Source: Octopus vulgaris (Eukaryota). Taken from it: 64,000 nucleotides of DNA. Each line of letters begins with the position of its first letter. Position 1 is the first letter of the stretch. Positions 12,569 through 26,479 of the stretch are shown here, piece by piece. The notes under the pieces are model-generated. The model saw only the letters and a list, made by a program, of their open reading frames with translations. It made no database searches and was not told the origin of the DNA. The stretch is from assembly GCA_951406725.2 (NCBI GenBank), contig OX597830.1, positions 59,024,001-59,088,000 of the forward strand. Reading direction: 5' to 3'. The translations under genes and the position numbers were made by a program.

Positions 12569-13308
12569 GAAGAAGTGGAAGAAGAAGAAGAAGAAGAAGA
12601 AGTGGAAGAAGAAGAAGAAGTAGACAAGAACAAGAAGAAGAAGAAGAAGTAGAAGAAGAAGAAGGAGAAGGAGAAGAAGGAGAAGAAGAAGAAGAAGAAG
12701 AAGGGGAAGAAGGAGAAGAAGAAGTAGAAGAAGAAGAAGAAGAAGTAGACAAGAACAAGAAGAAGAAGAAGAAGTAGAAGAAGAAGAAGAAGAAGAAGAA
12801 GGAGAAGAAGAAGAAGAAGAAGATGAAGTAGAAGAAGTAGAAGAAGTAGAAGAAGATGAAGGAGGAGGAGGAGGAGGAGAAGGAGGAGAAGAAGAAGAAG
12901 AACAAGAAGAAGTGGAAGAAGAACAAGAAGAACAAGGAGGAGGAGGAGGAGGGGAAGGAGGAGAAGAAGAAGAAGAAGAAGAAGGAGGAGGAAGAAGAAG
13001 AGGAGGAGGAGGAGAAGGAGAAGAAGAAGTAGTAGAAGAAGAAGAAGAAGAAGAAGTGGAAGAAGAACAAGAAGAACAAGGAGGAGGAGGAGGAGGGGAA
13101 GGAGGAGAAGAAGAAGAAGAAGAAGAAGGAGGAGGAAGAAGAAGAGGAGGAGGAGGAGAAGGAGAAGAAGAAGTAGTAGAAGAAGAAGAAGAAGAAGAAG
13201 AAGAAGTGGAAGAAGATGAAGAAGAAGTGGAAGAAGATGAAGAAGAAGAAGAAGAAGAAGTGGAAGGAGAAGAAGAAGAAGAAGAAGAAGTGGAAGAAGA
13301 AGAAGAAG

Positions 13309-13340
<32 letters not shown>
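12475..13340. repeat. Long (GAA/GGA)n purine tract with internal higher-order duplication
   Basis: Direct inspection; source of the 550-aa and 292-aa low-complexity ORFs. Confidence 0.95.
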
Positions 13341-13608
13341 TTAAATAAAAGAGAGAAACAGATGGAGAGAAAGGGTTAAAGATGGCAAAAATAAATGGAG
13401 AGGAAGAGAGGATAAAAGAGAAAGTGGAGTGGAGGTGGGAGTGAGAGTGGCAATGGGAGGGGGAGGAAGAATGCGTGAAAGTGAAAGCTAAATGGTGGAT
13501 AATTAGATATGTACACATACGTATACAGACATACATCGCACATACATACATGTATACACACGAATAAATAAATAAATATATATGTATATATGCATATATA
13601 AATATATG

Positions 13609-14157
<549 letters not shown>

Positions 14158-14170
14158 TATATGTATATAC

Positions 14171-14266
<96 letters not shown>

Positions 14267-14436
14267 TCTTACGCTAAGCAGTGCGGTAATTTGTTACACA
14301 CAAACACACACACGCGCGCGCACACATAGGCACAAAGATGGGGAGAGAAAATGTGAGAGATAGGCAGGTACATGGTGGATTCATAGAAATCTAGTTAAGT
14401 ACATAGATAGACAGGCAGACAGTTATACAGACAGAC

Positions 14437-14515
<79 letters not shown>

Positions 14516-15111
14516 CAAACAGATAGATAGATAGATAGATAGATAGAGAGATAGAACTATGGATGAATAGATAAGGATAGGCTAAATGTACTCTCATGAT
14601 ACACACACACACACACAGACATAAACATAAACACAAACGCATACATACAAACACATATATGACACACACGCATATATATAGTACAGAGAGAGAAGGGGGT
14701 TATATATAGAGAGTGGGAGAGAGAGATCCCTAACTGCATCCTCCCCCATCCTTTTAAAATTCTCTTTATTTTTCAATTATTATTATTATTATTTTCTTTT
14801 TGTTTTTTTTCTTTTCTTTTTTGGTTTCTCAAAGTACATAGTACTAACAAGTTATCTTTGATCTTTGCTGCCTGTGAAATTTCAATCTATTAACAATTAA
14901 GGTCCAAGTCTCCTATTATTCTGAGCGTTGGCACATTACAGACATGGAGACCGCTCCCAACCGGGGTTTTGTTACTCACTCAACTCTTGATAACATTGAC
15001 TACGCACTTCGTATGTGTCGGGGTAAGGCAGCTGGTCTTGGCAAAGATTCCGTGTTGCTCACAGGTTTCATGGACTCTTTTGATCATTCGTTTATCGATA
15101 TTACACTCACA

Positions 15112-15153
<42 letters not shown>

Positions 15154-15651
15154 ATTTTTACATACGTTTATTTTTCTCATTCATTGAAAGTATGTCTCCA
15201 CGTGAGTATGTGACTGCGTGCATATCTCCGCTGAATCCAACAAAAAAGACTTCTTTAAAGGTTTATGAATAGACGTTTATCGTTACTTGTCGCTTTCCGA
15301 CCTATTGTCTTGGCATGAGAAATGAAAAAAGGTTCGATGGTCGTAGCTGGAATACCTTCGGTCATGTCTCCACTCTCTCCACTCTGCCCTTATGGCATTT
15401 TCATAGATGTTCCTTTTTATGTGGGTGTCTATTTGTATATATTCAACGATGAAAGCCACCGTCATTGTCTGTAAAAATCTTGTTTAAGAATAATAAATTT
15501 GTACTCTACGAAAATATAGAGTAACCTATCAGATAAATATAAAATTGCTTTTATTATAACTAAACACAAAACATTAAAACATACACACATTCTCTCTCTC
15601 TCTCTTTCTCTCTCACACACACATTCACACGCACGCACACATATATGATTA

Positions 15652-15718
<67 letters not shown>

Positions 15719-15819
15719 ATAAAAGGATCCCATGTGCGTTTTTTCCTGTTTTGCCTCATTTTGAGTCTGCTTCTTCATCCTTCTCTTGCATCCCTTCCCA
15801 GTTTCTTCTGAACTTTTTC

Positions 15820-15858
15820 TAGTATCCGAAGAAGGACTATTTCCGAAACGTAATACTA
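15820..15858 (+). ncRNA. Minimal hammerhead-like motif with CCGA core variant
   Basis: TAGTAT-CCGAAGA-A-GGA-CTATT-TCC-GAAA-CG-TA-ATACTA: perfect 6-bp stem I and palindromic ACGT stem III. Confidence 0.55.
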
Positions 15859-16201
15859 TTTTATTCTTATTCTAATAATTTCTCTTATTTTTTTCATTTG
15901 TTGCGAAGTATATGTCATGGGTATTTTACAACTAAATATCATCTGGGTAGCCATTGTCAATATCTTATGGAAAGTGACTGAAATGACTTGTTTAATGCAA
16001 AACTATTCTGTGTGGCTTTATTCACTCATTTATAAGAACATTTGTATTTATTTTAGCGTAGAAGCGCAGTCTTATTTTCATACTTATTATGGTTCGCATT
16101 ACTTTATTTGCCTTAAAATTAGTTCAATTCTTTTCTGTACAAATTTGTCGAGAACATTAAGTGAACTTTGCATGAAAACATTCTCGTTGTATTTGAGAAA
16201 T

Positions 16202-16372
16202 ATGGAGGCGCATGGCAAATTGGTGAGGGTGTTGGACTCATGGTTCGATTCCTGCATCGGGCAACACGTTATGTTCTTGAGCAAAACGCTTAATTTCAAG
16301 TTGCACCAATGCATTCAGCTAGCAAAAGTGAGTAAACCTGCGGCGGATGGCGTCCCGTCCAGGTGGTGGATG
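16202..16372 (+). mobile_element. Degenerate tRNA-derived SINE (V/Meta-like domains)
   Basis: TGGAGGCGCATGG head, GGTTCGATTCC B box, TTCTTGAGCAAAACGCTT, and GGCGTCCCGTCCAGGTGG shared with the SINE at 41550-41841. Confidence 0.6.
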
Positions 16373-17119
16373 TACATGCTTTTTTTTTGTTTGTAATCTT
16401 ATTCCAGAAATATTTGCTTCTAATGTTATTCTAATAACTTGTATCTGACTTGATTTAATCTCAAGTTTTTGCTGGTATGTAAGCTTTTCATTCCAAGAGA
16501 CACCATGTGAATTTAACATTTCGGCCCATTGCGATACACACGGAAGTCTCTTAATAAGAAATAGTTTTAATTTTAGGCAAAAGGCCAGTACTTTTTTAGA
16601 CAGAGGGTGGTGGGCTGGATGTAGTGGGTTGGATATCATCAACTCCACTATTTTACTGCTTCTTTATTTTGTTCATCCCGAAAGGATGGAAGGAAAAATG
16701 GATTTGATCACAGAAATTAAAGATGCATGACAAACAGCACTTTTTTCTGACGCCTTTGTGGTTCGGATAACGGACAATACCATGTTTTTTTTTCCCCCGA
16801 ATATCTGCAATTTGCCTATTGATGACCCCCACCCCACTTACGCATCTGTAGTTTTATACCCGTTTTGTTAGGTAGAAACATGCAACCTTATCCGGAAAGG
16901 GAAAAATGCATAAGAATATATGAATTTAACTTTTAATGCATGGGTTTTGTTTTATCACCATGTTGTGTCTCTTTACGCTGTATTATAACTCGGAAACTGA
17001 CTAAATTCTGATGTGCATAAATTTATTGAAGATTTTCCTTAGACCATGCATGAAAATTTTTCCTTTGCATCATCATCATCATTGTTATTATTATTGTTGT
17101 TGTTATTATTATTATTTTA

Positions 17120-17788
17120 TATTTGACTTTTGCTTTGCATTTGTACATGTTGGCTCCAAGTCTCACCCAGAGACCTCAAGAGACAACAAGTTAGGAGTTC
17201 ATGCTGGTGTTATGCCTAGGGTGTCATATATTTGGTTCTGTACATAGTGTTGTTCTAGAGTATGTTTAAGAAACCATAAGAAAATTATGTTTGTTTTAAA
17301 ATTTGAGATTACATAGAAAGTGTTTTGCGTAGAATATGGGCAGTTCCCATAAGTAGAATCTTTTGAATTTCTACCATTTTGGGGTTTCCTGGTATCTGAG
17401 CTAGGTAACAATCAACCCCTTTTGCTATCATTTCCAGGGCACCTATGACAACAAGTATTGTTTTAGTCTTCAGGCTCCACATTTTGCTGATTTCTATTTC
17501 AAGATCTTTATACTTGCTCAGTTTTTAGTAGGTCTTGACAGATACGTTTATATCGAGTGGACGGTCATATCAATGAGGAGGCATGATTTTTGTCTGAAGT
17601 CTTTCAATATAATGTTTGGCCTATTTGCATCTTTCTCTCAGTTTGAATGGTGAAGTTCCAGAGAAGTGAGGTGTGATCATTTTCAAGCACTGGAGGTGAT
17701 TTGTGTTCCCACCAGTTTTTATCATGGGACAAATCCAGGTTTTTGCAAATTAACCAGTGAATATATTGTGCAGCTCTATCATGCCTGT
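17120..17788 (-). mobile_element. Old R4/Dong-like LINE 3' fragment (REL endonuclease)
   Basis: Minus strand RHDRAAQYIHWLIC..., DANRPNIILKDF, KLSKYKDLEIEISKMWSLKTKTI; flanked by (TAA)n. Confidence 0.75.
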
Positions 17789-17817
17789 TTATTATTATTA
17801 TTTTTATTATTATTATT

Positions 17818-19400
17818 CAGTAGTTTTATTTTTATAGCGTGCTTTCACTTCACTACCGAGCGCAGCTCTGTGTACCTTGGGTATGTGCTGTGATTTGTTG
17901 TGATGCTCTGATGGTTATTATATGGAAAGTGTTCTGCGTAGGATGTGTGCAATGCCTAGTAGAACAATTTTCTGTATGTTATATGTGTTTGTAAGTCCTG
18001 GTGGTTTTGTTATGTATTTGTCTGAATATTTTTTTATCATGCCTAATGCACCTACTATGATAGGAATTGTTTCTGTTTTTAGATTCCACATTCTGGTTAC
18101 CTCTATTTCCAGGTCTTTGTATTTTGAGAGTTTCTCCATTTCTTTTAGAGACACGTTGTCATCTGCCGGTATTGATACATCAATTAGAAAGCATTTTTTT
18201 TCTTCATGATCTCTGATAACTATATCTGGTCTGTTGGCCTTAATTTCTCTATCTGTGTGTATCGGCATATCCCAGAGTATGGTTGCTTTCTCGTTTTCTG
18301 TGACCTTTTCTGGTGTGTGCCTATACCATCTTTTTTCTGTTGTTATTCCATAATGTTGGCATAGTTTCCAGTGTATGTAGGTTCCAACTCTGTCATGTCT
18401 GTGAATATATTCCTTCTTAGCCAGGACTGAGCAGCCAGAGATAATATGATTTATTGTTTCTTGTCCATCTCCACATATTCTACAGTTACTTGTAATATTT
18501 CTTTTCATTACATGTTTTTGGTAATTTCTGGTGGGAAGGCTTTGGTCTTGTGCTGCGATTAAAAATCCCTCTGTCTCTGCTTTGAGTCCTGAGCTTCTCA
18601 ACCATTGCTGGGATTTTTCTTTGTCTATTTCTTTTGCGTTTAGTTTAGTGCAGTATTTACCATGAAGGGGCTTTTCTTGCCATCGTTTTATCATGGTTTG
18701 TTTTCTTTTGTTGCTCAGTAGCGTTGTTGTCTACTGATTTCATTAAGAATCGACAGATCTTTTCTCATTTTTTGTATTTTGTTTTGGATGTTATTTATCC
18801 ACAGGGTTGGTTTGGGTGGTGGTACTCCTGTTTGGATGGGTTTGAGTGAGTATCCAGCTTCTTTTGTGGCTGCAGTGGCTGCTGCGTATACTAAGTCATT
18901 TAGCTCAGTGATATCGCTTTTTGTTTCAGTGGCTATTAGTTCCGTGACGGCTAGGTTTATGCTGTTTATAATTGGTGTTGTTGTTTCGTCTATTTTGATT
19001 TTTGGGAGGTATGGTCGGTGGTCCATTTTGAGCTCTGTGGTTTTCAGTTCTTTGATTATTTTACTTTTTATATTATCATAATCATTAGGCTCCTCTTCGT
19101 TGTTTTCAGGTTTTAGATTTGTGTCGCTTTCTTTCTTATTTATATGTTTGTTTGTCGTGTTTTGGCTTACTGTTTGTCGTGTATTATTATGCATCCTTAC
19201 GGTCTGGGTTTGTTGTTTTTTGTTTACATCGTGTTTGTTGGGAATGTTACGTTTGTCTTCGTGTTTTACTGTTTCAGTGTTTATATTATTGGGCATTGTT
19301 GTGTGGCTTCTATCTACATTTTCCTGGTGTATTTTTTCTTTTAGATGTTCTATTTCTGATATTTTTTTGCGTTGAGAATGTATCTTCGTACGTTAGCTAG

Positions 19401-19404
<4 letters not shown>
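17818..19404 (-). mobile_element. R4/Dong-clade non-LTR retrotransposon with the RT region deleted
   Basis: ORF 17918-18694 has the CCHC knuckle CRICGDGQETINHIISGC, the RHD motif and the PD-(D/E)xK endonuclease RPDIVIRDHEEKKCFLIDVSIP. ORF 18715-19296 looks like the N-terminal region, with no RT between the two. (TAA)n on both sides. Confidence 0.9.
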
Positions 19405-19485
<81 letters not shown>

Positions 19486-19487
<2 letters not shown>

Positions 19488-20120
19488 GAAATCTCACAGC
19501 TCATATTGCTGGGTATGATAGAAAGTATCAGCTGTCCACAACCAGCAGACTAAGGTGACATTTGTTAACTGATCAGAACTCTGCGAAGAATTCTTGCAGT
19601 TCCAAGCAATGCTAGTTTTTGTGGGTGTTCAACCTTCTTCACACTTGCACCAATCGTTTTCAGACATGTTGGTAGTTCTGATACTTCCAAGTGCACCAAT
19701 TACTGTTGGAATCACGTCTACTCACCTCATTAACCACAACCTTTGTATTTCCCACTTCAAATCGTCATAGTTGTTTATTTGTTCTTCTTCTTTTACATTG
19801 ATCCTGTTGTCACCGGGGCATGCTATGTCGATATATCATACATGTTCTTTCTTTTTTATTCACCACAACACTTTCCGGTTTCCGAAGTCTGGTCAGGTGA
19901 TCGCACTGGATCATTACATACCACAGGTTTTTGGAATTCTCATTTTCGATTACTCTTTCTGGGGTTTGATCATACCACATCTTTGCTCTTTGTAGGTCGT
20001 GATTTTCACAGAACTCCCAATGAAACATCTTTGTCACATTGTCATGGCCTTTTGTATTCTCGTTCTGCCAATTTGGGGCATTCGCTAACGTTGTGCCCGG
20101 TAATATTGTTTATTCTGCAC
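19486..20120 (-). mobile_element. Divergent R4/Dong-like LINE 3' fragment
   Basis: RHDNVTKMFHWEFCENHDLQRAKMWYDQTPERV, IQCDHLTRLRKPE, VIPTVIGALG; followed by (TAA)n 19403-19485. Confidence 0.75.
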
Positions 20121-20129
20121 TTCATATAA

Positions 20130-21422
20130 TTGGCCCTTAACGCTTGTTCCTGAACTGCGCATTATTATTATCACTGCGTCATCTATTACCACTTGACCGT
20201 CGTCCTTTGCCCCTTTTACTGGTTCACCAAGCTGGTGCGTTTACTCTTTTTGTGGAAGGGGCGCGTTCCATTGGTCAGGCGCTCCATCTGCTGTCAACAG
20301 CCGCTGAATGGAGTGTTGGGCATGCCGTGGTTACTGATGCGCAGATATGCGTTCAGGCTACGGCATTTCTAGCGTTTCCTTGACGCTGAGCATGCGTGGT
20401 CACTGTCTGTAAGACACACTCTTGCACAGCTCGTCTCTTTGACTGAGCTGCAATCCTGGATGAGGTGTAGACTGAGGAGGGGCGCTTGGCACCTCGAGTG
20501 CCGCCAAGCGCTCACAGCTCTCCGCCAGTCGGGCAATGCGATCGGTGGTAGTTCCACTCTAGCGTTCTATAGAAGGATAGTGGAGGGAAAGTGCAACGAC
20601 GTTCTCGGGGAAACTCTGGGCGTCGATCAAGATCAACTAACCGGTCTGTTTCGGAGAAAATTTCGGGCCTGGGCCTATAGATAGCTTCCAGAAATCCCTT
20701 GCCTAGCAGTGCTACAGAGGGGCGCTGACTGTCCGAGATAAACTTTACAGTTATGGAAGTGCCGTCAGCTGGGCCTGCCCGAGGTGCGCCCAGAACGATG
20801 AAACCGTTCTGCACGCCCTCTTCCAGTGCCCGAGTATTTCTGACCTGTGGTTTTATGTCGAACACCTGCTGTTACATGTGGGACGGATCCGGCTATCAGT
20901 GGAATCCATTGTGAAGATTTCCCCGCCGTTCTTCTTTGGCCGAGAGGGGCAGGCAGTTTTTATTTGTGTGGTGGCTGTAGCGAAAGCGATATTATGGGTT
21001 ACTCGTCTGAAAGGGCGTAAGTCAGACACTTTCCTGTTTGGTTAAGCTGTCATCAACTTTTTCAAGTGTCACTTGAAAGGGAAGTTGAGGGTAGAGAGAG
21101 AAGTGTTACCTTCTAGCAAGTTTGTTGAAAGGTGGGTGAATGTTGGAAGAATGGTCATTGTGAAAGGACCAATTTTGAGCGTACACCTGTAAAAAATGAA
21201 AGAAGGGCTTGTTGATCAGGTACCCGTGACTTTTGTGGGTTTTTCCACGAGGACCTTTAAAGCGCCTCCCCTTTTTTGAGTTTTTATTTTGTTTAATTTT
21301 CATTTGTTATTTCAAGTTTACGCACTGAAAACAATTTGTCTCGTCTTGTGTTGTCTTTTATGTTTGTTTCTTGTCATTTAATGTTGTTCTATGTAAGCCC
21401 TTGTGCAAAATAAAAGAAATAA
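20130..21422 (+). mobile_element. Tx1/L1-clade LINE 3' portion, degenerate
   Basis: Frameshifted ORF2 C-terminus (AWHLECRQAL...FYRRIVEGKCNDVLG; C..C..NDENVLHA-type knuckle; FFKCHLKGKLRVEREVL), homologous to 32600-33466 and 63270-64000; A-rich tail. The clade call is from recall of Tx1-type ORF2 C-termini. Confidence 0.65.
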
Positions 21423-22119
21423 TAATAATGAGATGATAATTATTATTATTATTATTATTAAAATTAACAATATGCTCTTAATTTCTTGATCAAGTTTGAA
21501 GATAGATATCTGTGGCTATTAAAAGGAAACGAAAGAAATAATTTCTTTTCAAATAGTAAAAAACAACGAAAAAAAAAACCAGCAAAAAAGCAAAAAACAA
21601 AAAAAAAAACAGAACCAAGGACAAAACAGAAATATAGAATTTGATTAAAAATCGAACCTGAAATCTCGATATCCTAAAAACTATTTGTACTTCTGCCTGT
21701 CAGTTTTGCATTGTCTTTTGTCATTTATGGTCGGAATCTCTCACAAAGCTAAACTAAACTACGTGTGAAGCTGGACATTATCCCGTTTCCATGGCGATCG
21801 GCTCACCAACCAGACTCTGTCTTCATACTTCGGATTAGGCTGTCTATTCTTTCTATTTTTTTTTGTATCCCTTACTTGTTTCAGTCATTAGACTGCGGCC
21901 ATACTGGGGCACTGCCGCGAAGAATCTTTAGTCAAACGAATAAATTCCTATTACATAGTTTTAAGTCAGGCACCTTGTCTATCAGACCCTTTCGCCGAAT
22001 TGCTATGTTACAGGGACGTAAACACACCAACACCGGTTGTCAACTAGTGGTGGTGGTGGTGGTGGGGCAAACACAAACAGAAACACACACACACACATAA
22101 TATATACATACGTACATAC

Positions 22120-22655
22120 ATAGGCCGTGCATGGCCAGGGCTGAAGACATCAACCACATTATTGCCAACTGTGAGAGAATGTCTGTGAGGCATAATGCGC
22201 TGACCTGAACGGTCTGGAAAAGGATAACAAAACTAAAACACCTACAGACGATGTTGAACATATTGAAGTCGATGGATCAAAAGAATATTGGAAGAACTTA
22301 AAATAGCCACCAAGTTAAAACACAACAGGCCAGATATTGTATGGGGCCACAAGGAAAAGATATGTTCTGTTGTGGAAATCAGCTGCCCTCTGGACGCCAA
22401 TGTGGCCAGCAAGATACAAGGAAAATAGGATATCTATAGTCCACTGACAGCAAATTTGCAAATGCAGTACGAAAAATAGACTTTCAGCTTTATACGGATT
22501 GGAGCAACATGATATATATCAACCGGGCAGGAAAAAGGGTATTGCTGAAATTAGGATCTTGGGGGAGGAAATGCAAATCCTTAATTCATACGTTGCAAAT
22601 GATCAGGATATCTGGGACTATAAAAATGTGCAAGGCCTTAAGATTTAAAGGATGA
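22120..22655 (+). mobile_element. Degenerate REL-endonuclease LINE (R4-like) fragment
   Basis: EDINHIIANCERM, RHN, KHNRPDIV, VVEISCPLD motifs with stops. Confidence 0.65.
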
Positions 22656-24194
22656 TGGTTCTAACAAGGTGCTTTTCTTCACAACCTTGCTATCAAGCGG
22701 GTGGTTAGTCAAATTTTACTCTAAATTAGAAAGGAAATAACATACACCTGTGTATGCAGACAGGCAGGTAGGCAGGCACGCACGCACTCACACACATTTA
22801 TAGGAAGTTAATTATATGGCCGGTCATAGTGACCAATGGTTTCGCATCCATAAAGCGATTAGCCTCATAGATGGCTTGTCGGACTTTAAGGGCATATCGT
22901 ATATATATATATATACGACGGGCTTCTGTCAGTTTCCGTCTACCAAATCCACTCACATGGCTTTGGCTGGTCTAAGGATATAGTAAAAGACATTTGCCCA
23001 AGGTGCCGCGCAGTGGGACTGAACTCGGAACCATGTGACTGAAAGGTAAACTTCTAACCACACAGCTACACCTGCGCCTCTGTTATAAAAGTGGACATTG
23101 TTACTTTCTCTGAGCTCCAATGGAAAATAGTAAGCTTTCTGCCAACCGAATTTGCGATAACAAGTTCGATTCATAGTTGAGTCTTATCACATCATTTACT
23201 CTTTGTATCCACGATGCGCCGTCTGTAGACGATATCCCAGATTGGATGAAGTGACCTTATAACTCTACGAGAAGATGAATGATTCCGCTGTAATCCAACC
23301 AGCCATTATGGCCTACACACGTCGTTTTCATTCAGAGTATATTTACAAGTTAAACGTTTCGTCTTCCATTGCCTTCTGCTTCCACCAAAGTGTCTGTTCT
23401 TTTGTTCTCCATTTTAACTGCATTACGTCAGTAGAGACAGCCTGGGCATGGAATTATCGTAACTGGCGATTTATTTTGCGTCTACTCTAATAATCCATTG
23501 ATAAGTCTCTGCCTTCTGTCTGGCTCTTCGCTCCCATTAACCTTCAACGATCCTTGTGCCGAGATAAAGTGGAATTCATTGATTTGTTCCGTTGTATGAG
23601 ACCTATCCGCTATCATTTGAGAAGTGATCGGGTCAATAGAAGTGGTTGTTGGTGAAGGAGTGGGTGGGTGGGTAGTCTTGTCGGCCCCGGAAATGTACTC
23701 CGATTGTTGAATGACGGGTAAGCAGAAAATTTAGTGAGTGGCTGACAGTGGAGGAAAGAAAGTGGTGGTGGTGGTGGTGGTGGGGAGGGGGGTCGTTGAG
23801 GGAGTTGAAAGTGTCACGTGCCGTCTTGATTAACTATCGTGCCATACATGCCGAATGTGACGTTGCACGCGTAGTCCTCCTACACAACGGTCTACCGAGA
23901 AATATTCTTTAATACTCTGCTATACACGGTCTTTTGAATCAATTTACTTCCATACTCGTAATAAGGAGGCCAGTCTTGGGGACGACGACCACAACAACGA
24001 CCACAACGAACGACGGCGACAACAACAACGGCATCATGAGCGACCATGACGTTCGCTTGACTGCGAGTGATGCCTTCCCTCACTACGCGTTATTATCTCA
24101 ACCTTCTGCTGTCGTTGGCTGGCCATTGTTGTTATTGTTAATAGCATTTACAATTGTCGCCTAGTGGCTAGCTACACGGATTAGATGTGAAACC

Positions 24195-24278
<84 letters not shown>

Positions 24279-24844
24279 GAGAGAGAGAGGTAGAATAGAA
24301 AGACTGTCCAACTTGCTTCCTTTTTACATCTGCTCTTGTGTTTATACACGGCTATATTCATTGTTCAAAGTCGATGTGCAGCAACCGACTTTTTCTTCAC
24401 CTAAACAGTAACACGACAAGTTTATTTAAAAGAGAAAAAAAATTGCATCCAAAATGGAGTCTGTGTTATTTACCGTACAAAGTTATAACAGCAATGTTCT
24501 CACTAAAATATGAACGAGATTTAGCGCCGTTTGTGGCTATTTTAGAGGATTTTTAGAGATATTTCACTTGGGCAGCTCAGAGATCCAACAAACTTGACAT
24601 TATCAATGACTCTCAGCACATTAAAGTCTTCTGTCTCATACCCTCAGATTTAAATAAGCTAATGTGGTTTCTTACTCTCAAGTGACGGTGATTTATGGAT
24701 GTGTGTGTATGTGTGTTTTTTTGTACGGAAATGTGTGTGCGTGTGTGTGTGTGTGTGCGTGTATACGCACACATATGTATGTGTTTGTAAATGTATAGAT
24801 GTGTATATGTATATATGTATGTATGTATCTATCTTTATGCATGC

Positions 24845-24896
<52 letters not shown>

Positions 24897-25032
24897 ACAC
24901 ACGCAGAAGAGAAGAGAAAGAGAGGGAGGAGAGGGAGAGAACGGATGTCAACCTGTCACGATTTCAAAAACTAAAATAAATAAATACCAAATTATAGTAT
25001 ATACAATTTTGTATTATAAACGGTGCATATTG

Positions 25033-25064
<32 letters not shown>

Positions 25065-25619
25065 GGTGTGTGTGTGCATGTGTGTGCGTGTGTGTGTGAG
25101 TTATCAAGTAGCCCGTTGAAACTTTTAATTGTTTATTACGGAATGAATTATAAACTGAATATTCCAGTGGGACTGTGGCACGATTCGCAGCGCTTGGCTT
25201 CGTCTCTTTATGTTCCGGGTTGAATTACCCACCGGGGCCGACATCGCTTTTCATCCGTCACAATCGATGCAAAAAGAATCAGACATGTGGTACAAGTGAA
25301 ATGAATCGATTCTAATAAGGAAGGCGGCTGTTCCGGCCTAATTCGATTCTCAAATGAAATCTCACAGCATTCTTTTGACATTACAAGACATTAAAAATAT
25401 GTCTTTCAAGGCTTATCTCGGTTGAAGACAATAAAAAAAGAACAACGACCATAAATGTATTTATTTATTTTAATGTAAAAGTATCATGGGAGCAATACGT
25501 TTGAAATATATGTAAGCTGAGTAAAAAGAGCCGCCGATACACTGAGAGGGGCATATGAAGACTTTTAATTATCCGTATATTACTCTCTCCAAACCAATTA
25601 AAATGTTTTTATTTCTTTC

Positions 25620-25850
25620 AGTTCCCCCATGGCAGATAAAATGCTAACACAAGAAACGAAAAAGCATGCAGTGATTGTGGCCATATGTACGAAACAATGC
25701 GATTTAGAAACTGTCAACTTTCTAAATGTTGCAAGATTTGTTGTACGCAAAGTTCGGCTGGAATTGGAAGCCTCTGACGGGAATGTTGTAACTATATCAC
25801 AGAAAATAAACTCTCTAAATATTCAGACAAACACCGACTGTGAGTTGTTA
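25620..25850 (+). mobile_element. Tc1/mariner transposase N-terminal (HTH) remnant
   Basis: MLTQETKKHAVIVAICTKQCDLETVNFLNVARFVVRKVRLELEAS resembles the paired-like HTH start of Tc1/mariner transposases. Confidence 0.5.
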
Positions 25851-26479
25851 GTCAACTCCGTTTTCTAAATACTATCTAAATTCAAATTTTGCCCTGAAAG
25901 TTGGTGACTGTGCATTTGTGAAATCTACTCTCTCTCTCTCTCTCTGGTGCTCACCCTTCTCATCTGGATAGAAGCGACAAAGTCTTCCGGTCACTCTGGT
26001 TCAAATTCTCTTTTCTCAGCTCTTCCTAAATATGTTTTCATCCTCTACCAACCCTGGGTTAACCATTAAGCAAAATAAGAAAGTGCTAAGGGCATCAAGG
26101 GTAGGAGAGGAGCACCACAGAAGTGGTAAATAGTTTACGGCACAAATGGAATCTGCTGAAACTTGCTAAAATAGCATTCCAAGTGGTTTATATGATCGGA
26201 AATGTAGTTTCAAAGTGTTCATATTGAGGATCTGATCAAAGACTTTGGAATTAAAAATGCATGAAGTGGAATTTTATACAAAGATAAACATTATTTTCCA
26301 TCTTGCTCTTGGTTTTGTCTCATTTTGAAAAAAGAAAAATTATTTTATGGTTTATTAGTGTTTATATTTTGAATTACATATATATTGGAATACCAAAATC
26401 TTTTAAGTGCTAAGGGCCTGTATGAGTCTTGTTCAAGTCCAATCCGCTACCCTTCCTCGAACTTCTGCAGCCATCAACA

